Positions 49,990 through 60,468 are shown, numbered from the stretch's first letter. The stretch is 64,000 nucleotides of DNA from Patescibacteria group bacterium (GCA_028714455.1 JAQTMG010000001.1:568-64567), one strand, 5' to 3'. Made by a program: numbers and translations. Notes: generated from the sequence alone by a model not told the origin.

Positions 49990-52757
49990 TGCCAAAAGCT
50001 AAACAAAAATTTATTCTCATTGACGGGAACGCCATTGTTCACCGCGCTTTTCACGCTCTGCCGCCTTTTAAAACTAAGGAAGGCGAATTAGTCAACGCGG
50101 TTTATGGTTTCACCACCATATTTTTAAAAGCCCTGCGCGAAATCAAACCGCAATACGCGGCTGTCACTTTTGATAAGGCTAAAAAAACCTTTCGCAACGA
50201 TTTATATCCCGAGTACAAAGCCACCCGAGTTAAGGCACCGCAGGAACTTTATGATCAGATTCCTAAAATAAAAGAACTGCTCAAACTTTTTAACATACCG
50301 ATTTATGAAATCGAGGGGTTTGAGGCTGACGATGTCATCGGCACCATCAGTCATCTCAAGGGCGTTGACCGGCCAGACATTAAAACCGTAATCGTCACCG
50401 GCGACCTGGACACGCTCCAGCTAGTTGATGACAACACCGAAGTTTTCTCGCTCAAGCGCGGCGTTTCAGACACAATTATCTATGACGAAAAAACCGTTTC
50501 CCAAAGATACGAAGGTTTAAAACCCGACCAACTTATTGATTTTAAAGCGCTCAAGGGCGATCCTTCTGACAATATCCCGGGGGTAAAAGGCATCGGCGAC
50601 AAAACTGCCATCACGCTTCTCAACGAATTTAAGACCCTGGAAAATCTTTACAAAAATATCAACAGCCAAAAAATAACGGAATCTGTCAGAAAAAAATTGA
50701 TTGAACACAAAGATGAGTCCTTTTTGAGTAAAAAATTGGCCACCATTGTACTGGATGTGCCCATCAAATTTGAATTGGAAGACGCAAAAATTAAAAGTTA
50801 TGACAAGCAGGCAGTCATGGAACTTTTTAGAAAGTTTGCTTTCACCAGTTTGATCAATAAATTACCTCCCGAACTCGGGCGACCCGAGGCTGTTATGGTG
50901 AGCTTAGTCGAACCATCAGCCGAGGATAAAATCGTAAAGTTCAATTATCGACTAATAAAAACCGAAGTAGAGCTTGATAAACTAATCGCCGATTTAAATA
51001 AACAAAAAATAATCGCTTTTGACACCGAAACAACGGGATTAGATCCTTTTAGTGTTCAGATTCTGGGCGTTAGCTTTTCCTGGAAGGGTGGCGAGGCTTA
51101 TTACGTACCCGTCGCCGAAATTAAGGGCGAAGGCTTGTTTGAAAATATAAAAATCAAAGAAGACTGGCTTAATAAATTAAAGCCTATTTTAGAAAATCAA
51201 AATATTAAAAAAATCGGCTTTAACGTCAAATACGATTCAGAAGTCATGAGTAATTATGGAATCGAGGCCAAACCTCTATCCTTTGACCCCATGGTCGCTG
51301 ATTATTTATTAAGTCCGGGCATCAGGTCGCACGGCATTGATAATCTCTCCTTCACCGAATTCGGCCATCAAAAAATATCTTTTGACCAGCTCACTGGCGA
51401 AGGCAAAAATAAAATTTCCATTACCCAGGTGCCCCTAGAAAAATTATCTTATTATTCTTGTGAAGACGCTGATTTCGCTTTTCGTCTCTACGAAGTTTTA
51501 GAAAGTAAGCTAAAAAAAGAAAAGCTGGCAGAACTGTTTGAAAAAATAGAAATGCCGCTAATTCCGGTTCTGATTGAAATGGAAAAAAACGGCGTCTTGA
51601 TTGATTCTGCCTATCTCAAAAAATTTGACAAAGAATTAAAAGAGAAAATAAATCAGGTCTCCAAAAAAATCCACAAACTGGCTGGCGATAAATTTAACAT
51701 CTCCTCACCCAGTCAGCTGAAAGAAATTCTGTTCACCAAGCTTCAAATCTCAACCCAGGGCATTGGCCGAACCAAGACTGGCTTTTCCACGGCGGCCGGC
51801 GAATTGGAAAAATTAAAAGGCAGGCACGAAATAATTGATTATATCTCCAAATATCGCGAGCTGACTAAACTGCAAACGACTTACGTTGATTCACTGCCGC
51901 AACTGGTCAATAAAAAAACCGGCCGCGTGCACACCAGTTTTAATCAGACAATTACTGCCACGGGCCGTTTATCTTCTTCAAATCCAAATCTGCAAAATAT
52001 TCCCATCAAAACTAAATTGGGCAACAAAGTGCGCCGCGCTTTTATCGCCGAGAAGGGCAATAAGATTCTCTCGGCCGATTATTCGCAAATCGAATTAAGA
52101 ATCGCGGCCTCCATCTCCGAAGATAAAAATATGATTGACGCTTTTAAACGCGGCGATGACATTCACACCATTACCGCGGCCAAGATAAATGACGTAAAGC
52201 CGGAAGAAGTAACCAAAGAAATGCGCAGCCGCGCCAAGGCCGTTAATTTTGGCGTGCTTTATGGTATGGGCTCGAATGGCCTAGCTCAAAGAACGGGCAT
52301 CTCTCGCGAACGCGCCCAGGATTTTATCGCTAAATATTTTCAGGCCTTTCCCAAAATCAGAGAATATGTAAATGAAACAAAAGATTTTGTTTATAAAAAT
52401 GGCTATGTGGAAACTTTATTTGGTCGCAAGCGCTATTTGCCTGATATTCATTCTGGCGTGCCCAATATCGCGGCCACGGCCGAGCGCATGGCCATCAACA
52501 TGCCTATCCAAGGCACGGCCGCTGACTTGCTTAAACTGGCCATGATAGAAATCCACAAAAAACTTGCAGATGTTTCACCCAGATCAAAATTGATTATTCA
52601 AGTTCACGATGAATTGGTCTTTGAAGTGCCTGAAAAAGAAATAAAAAAAGTCGCCGGCTTTGTCAAAGAGACCATGGAAAGCGTCCATAAATTCAAATGT
52701 CCAATTTTAGCAGAAGTGGAGGTTGGAGACAATTGGGGTGAATTGGAAAAAATATAA
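49989..52757 (+). CDS. polA: DNA polymerase I
   Basis: 5'-3' exo (LIDGN, EADDVIG, GDPSDNIPGV), DTETTG, ADYSQIELR, QVHDEL. Confidence 0.98.
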   Translation: MPKAKQKFILIDGNAIVHRAFHALPPFKTKEGELVNAVYGFTTIFLKALREIKPQYAAVTFDKAKKTFRNDLYPEYKATRVKAPQELYDQIPKIKELLKLFNIPIYEIEGFEADDVIGTISHLKGVDRPDIKTVIVTGDLDTLQLVDDNTEVFSLKRGVSDTIIYDEKTVSQRYEGLKPDQLIDFKALKGDPSDNIPGVKGIGDKTAITLLNEFKTLENLYKNINSQKITESVRKKLIEHKDESFLSKKLATIVLDVPIKFELEDAKIKSYDKQAVMELFRKFAFTSLINKLPPELGRPEAVMVSLVEPSAEDKIVKFNYRLIKTEVELDKLIADLNKQKIIAFDTETTGLDPFSVQILGVSFSWKGGEAYYVPVAEIKGEGLFENIKIKEDWLNKLKPILENQNIKKIGFNVKYDSEVMSNYGIEAKPLSFDPMVADYLLSPGIRSHGIDNLSFTEFGHQKISFDQLTGEGKNKISITQVPLEKLSYYSCEDADFAFRLYEVLESKLKKEKLAELFEKIEMPLIPVLIEMEKNGVLIDSAYLKKFDKELKEKINQVSKKIHKLAGDKFNISSPSQLKEILFTKLQISTQGIGRTKTGFSTAAGELEKLKGRHEIIDYISKYRELTKLQTTYVDSLPQLVNKKTGRVHTSFNQTITATGRLSSSNPNLQNIPIKTKLGNKVRRAFIAEKGNKILSADYSQIELRIAASISEDKNMIDAFKRGDDIHTITAAKINDVKPEEVTKEMRSRAKAVNFGVLYGMGSNGLAQRTGISRERAQDFIAKYFQAFPKIREYVNETKDFVYKNGYVETLFGRKRYLPDIHSGVPNIAATAERMAINMPIQGTAADLLKLAMIEIHKKLADVSPRSKLIIQVHDELVFEVPEKEIKKVAGFVKETMESVHKFKCPILAEVEVGDNWGELEKI

Positions 52758-52834
52758 TCGAAAAAAGCTGGCTCCGATAAGCCAGTTTTTGATTTGAAAA
52801 ATAAAGGCCCCGTACGTGGTACGGGGCCGTTTGA

Positions 52835-53902
52835 TTATTTATTCAGTTCATCATAAAAAGCTCTCAGCACGAGAACGCCGCCGGAATTGTAATTCAATTC
52901 GCCGGGGCCCGCGAAGCTGGACGGTATTCCTGGCGCGTGCTCTTCCAAAAACCAATCGCGAGCTAAGCCGAACCACAAGCCATAGCCATTGGAAATATTA
53001 TTTGATAAATGGCCATTGGATGGCTTGAACTTTTTCATGTTTTCTGGGTAAAGAACAAGTTCCAAGTGGTTCGATCGCGGCGTGTTCTGCCACACATTCC
53101 TATTGTTCAAAATGTATTTCCAATGATAAGTAGGAATAGCAACCGACCAACAGGCCATATTCTCCTGTTCTTTTCTGCTAAAGTACTTCATGGATTCGTT
53201 CGGCTGACCAGAAAACTTCAACAGAAAATCGCACAAGACAAAATCTTTATGGCTTTCTCCGGCGTAAGGATTATGAAATCCTTCACATAAACAGTGGTAA
53301 CGTCCTGGGTCACCACAAAATCCAGCTGACTGGATCTTTGAAAAATCATTTTCACGTTTAAATAACGACCCGAGAGAATGCCTAACGAGCATTTCCCTAT
53401 CCATCCTGAACCTTCGTCCAGCGAAAGAGGACTCTGATTTTTCTGTCATAAAGCACGGCACAGAAGTAAAAACATCTGGCGCATATTCGGCATCCCAGTC
53501 GCAACAATGCGTGTATTCCACAAACCTGAGAAGAAGCAGAGTTTTTTTCGCCTCCATCATGACAAAGGTAAAATGCTTCAAATCAGTTATCGGCTCTTTT
53601 TCGCCAGGCAACGGGATTCCCCTAGTCAGCGATGCCGTGAGTGTTTGCAATGCATAAAGATGTCCATCTCGCTTTAGCTTAGCCATCAGGTTGCCGACAA
53701 TTCTCCAATCAGCGTGATAACCATCAAGATGCCGACAAAAATCACTGGGATTTTCAGACAATTCAACAAAACGCAGGGGTCCCAGATTGGCATTACCCTG
53801 TGTTTTTTCACCTCTTTGCCTTAGCCGCGCAAAGGCTTGATTACCTGCCAGTTTCTTCAAAAGCATCTCGTACTGTTTCCCTTCGGGCAATTGTTCGGTC
53901 AT
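52835..53902 (-). CDS. hypothetical protein
   Basis: AAGGAGG SD before MTEQLPEGK; Cys/His-rich; no family recognised. Confidence 0.7.
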   Translation of the reverse strand: MTEQLPEGKQYEMLLKKLAGNQAFARLRQRGEKTQGNANLGPLRFVELSENPSDFCRHLDGYHADWRIVGNLMAKLKRDGHLYALQTLTASLTRGIPLPGEKEPITDLKHFTFVMMEAKKTLLLLRFVEYTHCCDWDAEYAPDVFTSVPCFMTEKSESSFAGRRFRMDREMLVRHSLGSLFKRENDFSKIQSAGFCGDPGRYHCLCEGFHNPYAGESHKDFVLCDFLLKFSGQPNESMKYFSRKEQENMACWSVAIPTYHWKYILNNRNVWQNTPRSNHLELVLYPENMKKFKPSNGHLSNNISNGYGLWFGLARDWFLEEHAPGIPSSFAGPGELNYNSGGVLVLRAFYDELNK

Positions 53903-54426
53903 TTTAATCCTCCTTTTAACCAAACTCTCCGAAGCACATGCTCCAAGGAGCATGCTGTATCATCAGGCAAACCATTTGCCTGAAAATGTTTCCCTGGGGA
54001 AACATTTAACACATTTTAGTGCTGATACGATTTCAAGGAACTCTAATTTAATAAATTACACTCTATTCTAAATTTTGTCAAGAAAAAAACTGATCAATGA
54101 CCAGTCAAATTAAGTTGCGCGGGAAGAAATCCACATTTGTTTTTTCGGGATTCTTCCCGCACGCTTTTTTGTCGAAACCTCCATTCCGACATATTTCAGT
54201 ATAGCATATTTTTATGGTCTTGTCAACACTTTCATTAGTGCTATATTTGAGATAAAATAAAGATACTACTTAAGCGGTTTTTTACATTTTGTGCATATTC
54301 AAACGATATCCTACAAAATTACGAAACCGCTACAAATTTACGAAAAAGTTATTTTGTATATTTTGTAGATTAATTTGAAGTTTCGTTTAGTATTTAAAGA
54401 ACAACGCACCAAGCGCAAATACTCGT

Positions 54427-55398
54427 ATGATCATATTCCTATTCGGTGAAGATACTTACCGCTCAAGTCAAAAACTGGAAGAGCTGAAAGCCAAGTTTAA
54501 TCGCGAAGTTGATTCAAGTGGCATGAACCTCGTCTCGCTGGACGGCGCTAAACTTAAATTTGAAGAATTTAATCAGCAAGTCAAGGCCTCGCCTTTTTTG
54601 GCGCGCAAAAGAATGGTTATCATTAAAAATTTAATTTCAGAAAATAAATCAAAAGAAATTCAAAAAGAAATAGTGGAATTACTCAATGAGGAATGGAAAA
54701 ATAATAAGGATGATAATATTATAATTTTTTGGGAAAATATCTCGGCGCCAAGGTCAGCTTCGAAAGACGCGCTCTGGAAACGTCTGGCCAAAGAAAAATA
54801 TGCGCAGGAATTTGAGCCGTTAAAACCGAATCAAATCAGCGCCTGGGCGGAAAAAGAGATTAAGGAGCGCGGGGGAAAAATCGACAGAGCAGCCGCCAAT
54901 TTAATAGGCGCGCTGGTCGGCAATGATTTGTGGCAGCTATCCAACGAGCTGGAAAAATTACTCAATTATTCTTCGGCCAAAAATATCACCAGTAAAGACG
55001 TGGAAAACTTGGTCAAGGCCAAATTTGACGACAATGTTTTTAATCTGGTTGACGCGCTGGGTAATAAAAATAAAAAGCTCGCCTTAAAACTAATGTCAGA
55101 CCAATTCAGTCTGGGCAGTAACGAGCTGGAACTGCTGGGCATGCTCATCTGGCAATTTCGGATTTTGCTGCTCATCAAAGATCAACAGCGAGGAAAGCCA
55201 AACCTCTCCCAGGCCGAGGCCGCCAAAAAACTAGGCATTCATCCTTTTGTGGCGCTAAAATCTTTAGAACGAGCCAGAAATTTTACCCTGGAGCAATTGA
55301 AAAATATTTACAGCCAGCTTCTAAATATCGATTTAAAAATCAAAACCAGCGCCACTAAACCTCGGTTACTTTTCGATTTACTAATCGCTCAAATTTAA
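54427..55398 (+). CDS. holA: DNA polymerase III subunit delta
   Basis: MIIFLFGEDTY, SPFLARKRMVIIKN, GNDLWQLSNELEKL, HPFV, DLKIKT. Confidence 0.93.
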   Translation: MIIFLFGEDTYRSSQKLEELKAKFNREVDSSGMNLVSLDGAKLKFEEFNQQVKASPFLARKRMVIIKNLISENKSKEIQKEIVELLNEEWKNNKDDNIIIFWENISAPRSASKDALWKRLAKEKYAQEFEPLKPNQISAWAEKEIKERGGKIDRAAANLIGALVGNDLWQLSNELEKLLNYSSAKNITSKDVENLVKAKFDDNVFNLVDALGNKNKKLALKLMSDQFSLGSNELELLGMLIWQFRILLLIKDQQRGKPNLSQAEAAKKLGIHPFVALKSLERARNFTLEQLKNIYSQLLNIDLKIKTSATKPRLLFDLLIAQI

Positions 55399-55410
55399 AA
55401 GAAAAGGCTC

Positions 55411-55791
55411 TCATAAGAGAGCCTTTTTGATTGCGTTAGAAAGTTCCTGGGTTTCGAACGGTTTGTCCAGGAAGATTACTCCTTCCGGCAACGACGGTCT
55501 TCCTGCTCCTGAAGTCAAAATCACCTTCAGATCCGGAGCGATTTTTTTTACTTCTTCAACCAGCCCCAACCCGGTCAGGCCAGGCCTTGTCCTGGTTCCC
55601 AAAATGTTCCCGGTGATTAAGAGGCTGAAAAAAGACGGGTCCGACTCGATTAGCGTCATGGCTTCCTTGGCGCTGTTGACAGAGATAATCGAATTCGAAC
55701 CGATCCCCAGTATCAGCCTCAACAACCTTGAAACGGCCGAGCAGATGTCTTCTCGATCGACTAAAAGGACCTTCAGATTCTTTTTATCCAT
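55411..55791 (-). CDS. stand-alone receiver-domain protein (atypical)
   Basis: KVLLVDRE, LLITG, PGLTGLGL, VILTSG, FLDKPF. Confidence 0.8.
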   Translation of the reverse strand: MDKKNLKVLLVDREDICSAVSRLLRLILGIGSNSIISVNSAKEAMTLIESDPSFFSLLITGNILGTRTRPGLTGLGLVEEVKKIAPDLKVILTSGAGRPSLPEGVIFLDKPFETQELSNAIKKALL

Positions 55792-55878
55792 TTTCCCTCC
55801 TTTATCGTTTGATAATTTAGCTTATCACCAAAATCCAAAACTGTCAAGCAATAAAACACCCCGCTACGCGGGGTTATT

Positions 55879-56163
55879 TTATTTCTTTTCAACCACCTGA
55901 CTGCCCCTCTTGTGATACTTAATCAATCGTGAAAGCTTGCGCGCGGCCGTGTTTTTCTTAATCACGCCTTTTTGGGCTGCCTTATCAATGCTTTTTTGCG
56001 CTTGTCTAATTAAGGTTTCGACATCTTTAGCGGCTTTTTTGCTATCAATATCTTTTCTAATTTTCTTTAATAGAGTTTTTAAATCCTCGCGGATTTTGGT
56101 ATTGCGCTCTAGATGTCTTTTAGTCTTTCTTAGGGCTTCTTTGGCTTGCTGTTTAATTGGCAT
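55879..56163 (-). CDS. rpsT: 30S ribosomal protein S20
   Basis: MPIKQQAKEALR...IDKAAQKGVIKKNTAARKLSRL. Confidence 0.96.
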   Translation of the reverse strand: MPIKQQAKEALRKTKRHLERNTKIREDLKTLLKKIRKDIDSKKAAKDVETLIRQAQKSIDKAAQKGVIKKNTAARKLSRLIKYHKRGSQVVEKK

Positions 56164-56278
56164 ACTATTTAATTATGAAATATGAATTATGAATTAGATT
56201 TGATTTAAAAAGCTCTAAGCTCATGGCTCAAAGCTAAATATATAAAAATGATAGCAAATAATAATTCCTTGGTCAAGC

Positions 56279-57310
56279 TCAAGCCTGCGGCTTATCAATT
56301 TCCAGTGTTTCTATTTTGCTTTCTTTACCCGTAATTTTAGTCACGTCCTTATCAACCTTCTTAAATTCTTTGTAGGCCGTGTTATACATATTTACCGTGG
56401 TAGACAAGTTATCCCCCATTTTCTGCATATACTGGTCATAGGCCATGAGATGTTTTTGCAAATCTTCGACTCGCTCCCTAATCTCCTGCGCCGATTTTTC
56501 AATCTGTAACGCTTTCAGGCCCTGTAACACCGTCTGCAGATAGGCGAAAAATGATGTTGGCGAAGTTATAATCACGTGTTTGTCCTTGAAAGCATATTCG
56601 ATCAAATCCCTAGTATTAACTTTGACGGCGCCAACTTGGTTAATAAGCAAATCATAGTAAATACCCTCTGACGGAATAAACATAAAAGCAAAATCCATTG
56701 TTTTCTCGCTTGGCCTGATATATTTAGCCGTCTCGTCAATTCTATTTTTTAAATCCTGCTTAAATTGTTTTTCCAATCTTTCGCGCGCAACCGCGTCTTT
56801 TTCTTCCACGATTTTGTTATAATTTTCCAATGAAAATTTGGAGTCGATGGGGATTATTTTATCTTTGACAAAAATAACCGCGTCAACGATTTCCCCGTCC
56901 TTAAATTTATATTGCATCTGATAAGAAGCCGGCGGCAAAACATTTTTCAACAATGTGTCCAGAAAATATTCTCCCAAAATACCGCGTTGTTTGGGATTGG
57001 TTAAGATATTTTCCAGGCCCTGCATCTGCTCGGCAAAGCTCACGATCTGCTTATTGGTTTCTCCCAGTTTGGTTAATTTATCGGTTACCTCGGAAATAAT
57101 TTTGGCGCTCTGGCCAAATTGCTGCTGAATCGTTTGATGAGTATTGGCCAAGCCATCGCCAAGCGATTTTTGAATCTCATTGATTTGATTTTGCAGCATT
57201 AACATGGCCTGATCGTCCCTTTTCCCGCCAGAAACTTTATTCAGCATAAAAAACACGGCCGCAAAGCCGGCAATGACCAAAATCAAAATTATAACTAAAA
57301 ATATTTCCAT
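56279..57310 (-). CDS. rmuC: DNA recombination protein RmuC
   Basis: NPKQRGILGE, PIDSKF, DFAFMFIPSEG, TSPT. Confidence 0.93.
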   Translation of the reverse strand: MEIFLVIILILVIAGFAAVFFMLNKVSGGKRDDQAMLMLQNQINEIQKSLGDGLANTHQTIQQQFGQSAKIISEVTDKLTKLGETNKQIVSFAEQMQGLENILTNPKQRGILGEYFLDTLLKNVLPPASYQMQYKFKDGEIVDAVIFVKDKIIPIDSKFSLENYNKIVEEKDAVARERLEKQFKQDLKNRIDETAKYIRPSEKTMDFAFMFIPSEGIYYDLLINQVGAVKVNTRDLIEYAFKDKHVIITSPTSFFAYLQTVLQGLKALQIEKSAQEIRERVEDLQKHLMAYDQYMQKMGDNLSTTVNMYNTAYKEFKKVDKDVTKITGKESKIETLEIDKPQA

Positions 57311-57355
57311 AATTCTTGTTGAATTATTTTAACACCAAGAAGCTAAAAGCACAAA

Positions 57356-57637
57356 TTATTCAGTCAGCTCCTTGACCTCTTTCTCGCCTTTGATCAGCTC
57401 CGCCGCCTGTTCCTCGTCTAGGCGCACCAAAAGCGCTTGAAACTCGCCGACATGCGTCTTCTCCTCTTTGGCAATGTCTTGTAACACGGCTTTTACCTTA
57501 TCGCTCTGCGCCAGCTCGGCCATCTGCTCGTAAAGATTGACGGCGTCGAGCTCGGCAATCAGACCGGCGCGCAAAATCTCCCGATCAACCGCGTCCTGGT
57601 TGACTTTAGCCAAATTGATTGGAATTTGTGACATCAT
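57356..57637 (-). CDS. short ferritin-like/rubrerythrin-family protein
   Basis: AELDAVNLYEQ...DIAKEEKTHVGE di-iron motifs. Confidence 0.88.
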   Translation of the reverse strand: MMSQIPINLAKVNQDAVDREILRAGLIAELDAVNLYEQMAELAQSDKVKAVLQDIAKEEKTHVGEFQALLVRLDEEQAAELIKGEKEVKELTE

Positions 57638-57643
57638 AAATTT

Positions 57644-60223
57644 TTATATATCAAATTTTTTATAAAGTATTCTTTTGGCGATCTCGGCCGCTGCGTAATA
57701 GAAAATCAGCACAAAGAAAATCATGATCAAAACGCTTATCGGCATATTGGTGAAGCCGAAAAAACTTCGACCAAAGCTCGTATAGGTAATAAACAAGGCA
57801 AAGGCGACAACCAGAAACACCGCGATAAACAAAGATTTGCTCGGCCGGCTTTTGTAAAACGGTAATTTGCTGCGCAAGAAAAAAATCACGATGATTTGAG
57901 AAAATGTCGATTCGACAAACCAAGCCGTCCTGAACAAATCAATACTGGCTCTAAAAATAAAAATCAGAAAACCGATCGTGATCAAATCGAAGATTGTACT
58001 GATGGGTCCGAAATAAAGCATGAATCGCGAAATAAGTTTGATGTTCCAGCGCTTTGGCTTTCTGACAAATTCATCGTCAACATTATCAGTGGAAATGGTC
58101 AGCATCGACATGTCGCTCAAAAAATTATTTAACAAAATCTGCGAAGGCAATAAGGGCACGAAAGAAAACCAGAAAGAAGAAAGCGCAACAGTCATCATGT
58201 TGCCATAATTAGAACTCACGGTGTTCAAAATATATTTGGTGATATTGCCAAAAGTTTTTCTGCCTTCGGTTATACCTTCGGCCAAAACCCTCAAGCTTTT
58301 TCGCAGCAAAATAATATCAGCCGCCTCTTTGGCAATACTGGTGCCGGTGTCAACTGAAATGCCCACGTCCGCGGCCTTAAGAGCTGGCGCGTCATTAACA
58401 CCGTCGCCTAAAAACCCAACAATGCGGCCTTCCTTGTTCAGACTCGTAACTATTTTAAATTTTTGTTCGGGCGTGGTACGCGCGAAAATATTATATCTAT
58501 GACTATATTCTTCAAACTGCTGCGGATTTAATTTATCAAGATCTTCGCCCAAAATTATTTTATTTTCAACAATCGACAAGCCAACTTCCGAACATATCTT
58601 TTGAGTCACGACGGCGCTATCGCCGGTGATAATTTTTATGTCCACGCCCAGCTCGTTAAATTTACGCAAAGCCTCCTTGGCCGTCTGCTTGGCCGGGTCC
58701 AAAAATAACAGGAAGCCGACCAATGTTAAGTCCTTTTCATCAACAACTTCGGCCGCCTCTTTTTTTATTTGTTTTTTGGCCACGGCAATCACGCGATAGC
58801 CGCTCTTTTCATAATTTACCACTCGTTCATTAAATTCCGCTTTTAGCTTGGCATCTAGGCTTCTCTTCTCGCCTGATATCTCAATATTAGTGCTTACTGA
58901 TAAAACTGACTCGGGCGCGCCTTTGACTAAAAGATCTAGTCTATCCCCGTCTTTGGTCACAGAACTCTGCCTCTTTCTCTCAAAATCAAACTCTATTTTA
59001 TCCAGACAAACCATTTTACCCAAAACCAGCTCCAGTTGCTTTACGCCTTCGTTATCCCAGATAGCTTTATCGAGTGGGTTGGTGAAAACCTTGTGCTTGG
59101 CTTTTATATCAGCTGAATTGCAAATAAGTCCGTAGAGTAAAATCTTACTATCCCGCTGGCCATTCCAATCTATGTAATCAATTAAAGAAATTTTCCCTTC
59201 GGTCAAGGTGCCTGTCTTGTCACAGCAAAGTGTATCAATGTTGCCAAGATCTTCCACGGAAATCAAACGCTTAATAATTACCATTTTTTTGGACATTCTC
59301 ACGGCGCCGGAAGAAAGAGCAATCGTAATAACCAGAGGTAGTAATTCTGGCGTTATGCCGACGGCCAGGGCCAGGGAAAAAAGTAAAAAATCAATTATAC
59401 TTTTTCCTAAAAGCACATTGCCCAAAAAAATAAAGACGGCCATTGATAAAATGACCTTGAGTAAAAAATTACTAAATTTTTTGATATTTTTTTGAAAGTC
59501 CGTTTCGTTTTTTTCCTGCAGATATTTTGAGGTCTCGCCAAAAAAAGTATTCTTGCCTGTTGCCACGACCACGCCGTTGCCAGAACCGCTGGAAACAGAA
59601 GTCCCCATAAAAGCCATGTTATGCAAATACTGCGGCACGGAATATTGTTTAGAGACCACAGTCACCTCTTTTAAAACTGGCAATGATTCTCCAGTTAAAA
59701 CCGATTCATCTGTTGTCATGTCCTTTAATTCAATCAATCTAATATCAGCCGGGATTACATCGCCGATATCTAGATAAACAATGTCGCCGGGTACTAACTC
59801 TTTTGAATCAATTTCAGCAACCTGCCCGTTTCTTAAAACACGCACTTTTAGAGTTAAATATTTTTTCAACGCCTGTAAAACTTTTTCAGCTCTATATTCT
59901 TGAAAAAAACTTAAACCCGCGCCAAGAAAAACCATCAGCAAAATAACCGCCGCGCTAAGATGTTCTCCCAAAAAAAAGCTGACTACCGCAGCCACGGCCA
60001 GAATCAGCACTAATGTACTTTTAAATTGTCTAGCAAATATTTCCCAGACTCTTATCTTCTCTCTTTCTTCAATCGCATTTTTGCCATAGCTTAAAATTCT
60101 GGCCTGGACATCTTTTGTGGTCAGCCCGCTCGTACTCGTATTTAAAAAACTAAGCACTTCCTTTATTGGCAGCGCCCAGATTATCGGTTTTTCTTTAGCT
60201 ATTTGTACCTTGTCATCCGCCAT
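57644..60223 (-). CDS. mgtA: magnesium-translocating P-type ATPase
   Basis: TGES, GITPELLP, DKTGTLT, FDFERKR, KGAPE, GDGVNDAPAL, SSNYGNM. Confidence 0.9.
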   Translation of the reverse strand: MADDKVQIAKEKPIIWALPIKEVLSFLNTSTSGLTTKDVQARILSYGKNAIEEREKIRVWEIFARQFKSTLVLILAVAAVVSFFLGEHLSAAVILLMVFLGAGLSFFQEYRAEKVLQALKKYLTLKVRVLRNGQVAEIDSKELVPGDIVYLDIGDVIPADIRLIELKDMTTDESVLTGESLPVLKEVTVVSKQYSVPQYLHNMAFMGTSVSSGSGNGVVVATGKNTFFGETSKYLQEKNETDFQKNIKKFSNFLLKVILSMAVFIFLGNVLLGKSIIDFLLFSLALAVGITPELLPLVITIALSSGAVRMSKKMVIIKRLISVEDLGNIDTLCCDKTGTLTEGKISLIDYIDWNGQRDSKILLYGLICNSADIKAKHKVFTNPLDKAIWDNEGVKQLELVLGKMVCLDKIEFDFERKRQSSVTKDGDRLDLLVKGAPESVLSVSTNIEISGEKRSLDAKLKAEFNERVVNYEKSGYRVIAVAKKQIKKEAAEVVDEKDLTLVGFLLFLDPAKQTAKEALRKFNELGVDIKIITGDSAVVTQKICSEVGLSIVENKIILGEDLDKLNPQQFEEYSHRYNIFARTTPEQKFKIVTSLNKEGRIVGFLGDGVNDAPALKAADVGISVDTGTSIAKEAADIILLRKSLRVLAEGITEGRKTFGNITKYILNTVSSNYGNMMTVALSSFWFSFVPLLPSQILLNNFLSDMSMLTISTDNVDDEFVRKPKRWNIKLISRFMLYFGPISTIFDLITIGFLIFIFRASIDLFRTAWFVESTFSQIIVIFFLRSKLPFYKSRPSKSLFIAVFLVVAFALFITYTSFGRSFFGFTNMPISVLIMIFFVLIFYYAAAEIAKRILYKKFDI

Positions 60224-60468
60224 ACATATCCAAATAATTGTAAAAGTGAATTATTTCTGTTATTATTAACTAAAAATTACGGGAATATTTTGTATTCCGC
60301 AGCTGCTATACTAATTATATACGTTTATTGATAGGTAATAAAGTTAATAAGTTCCAGTATCATCATGGAATTAAATGCGCATATTTCTGTTTTATGTTTA
60401 TATAGCGACACATATTTTTAACTAAAATTAGATAAAAATTGTAATTTAGGCATATTTTAATCATAAAT

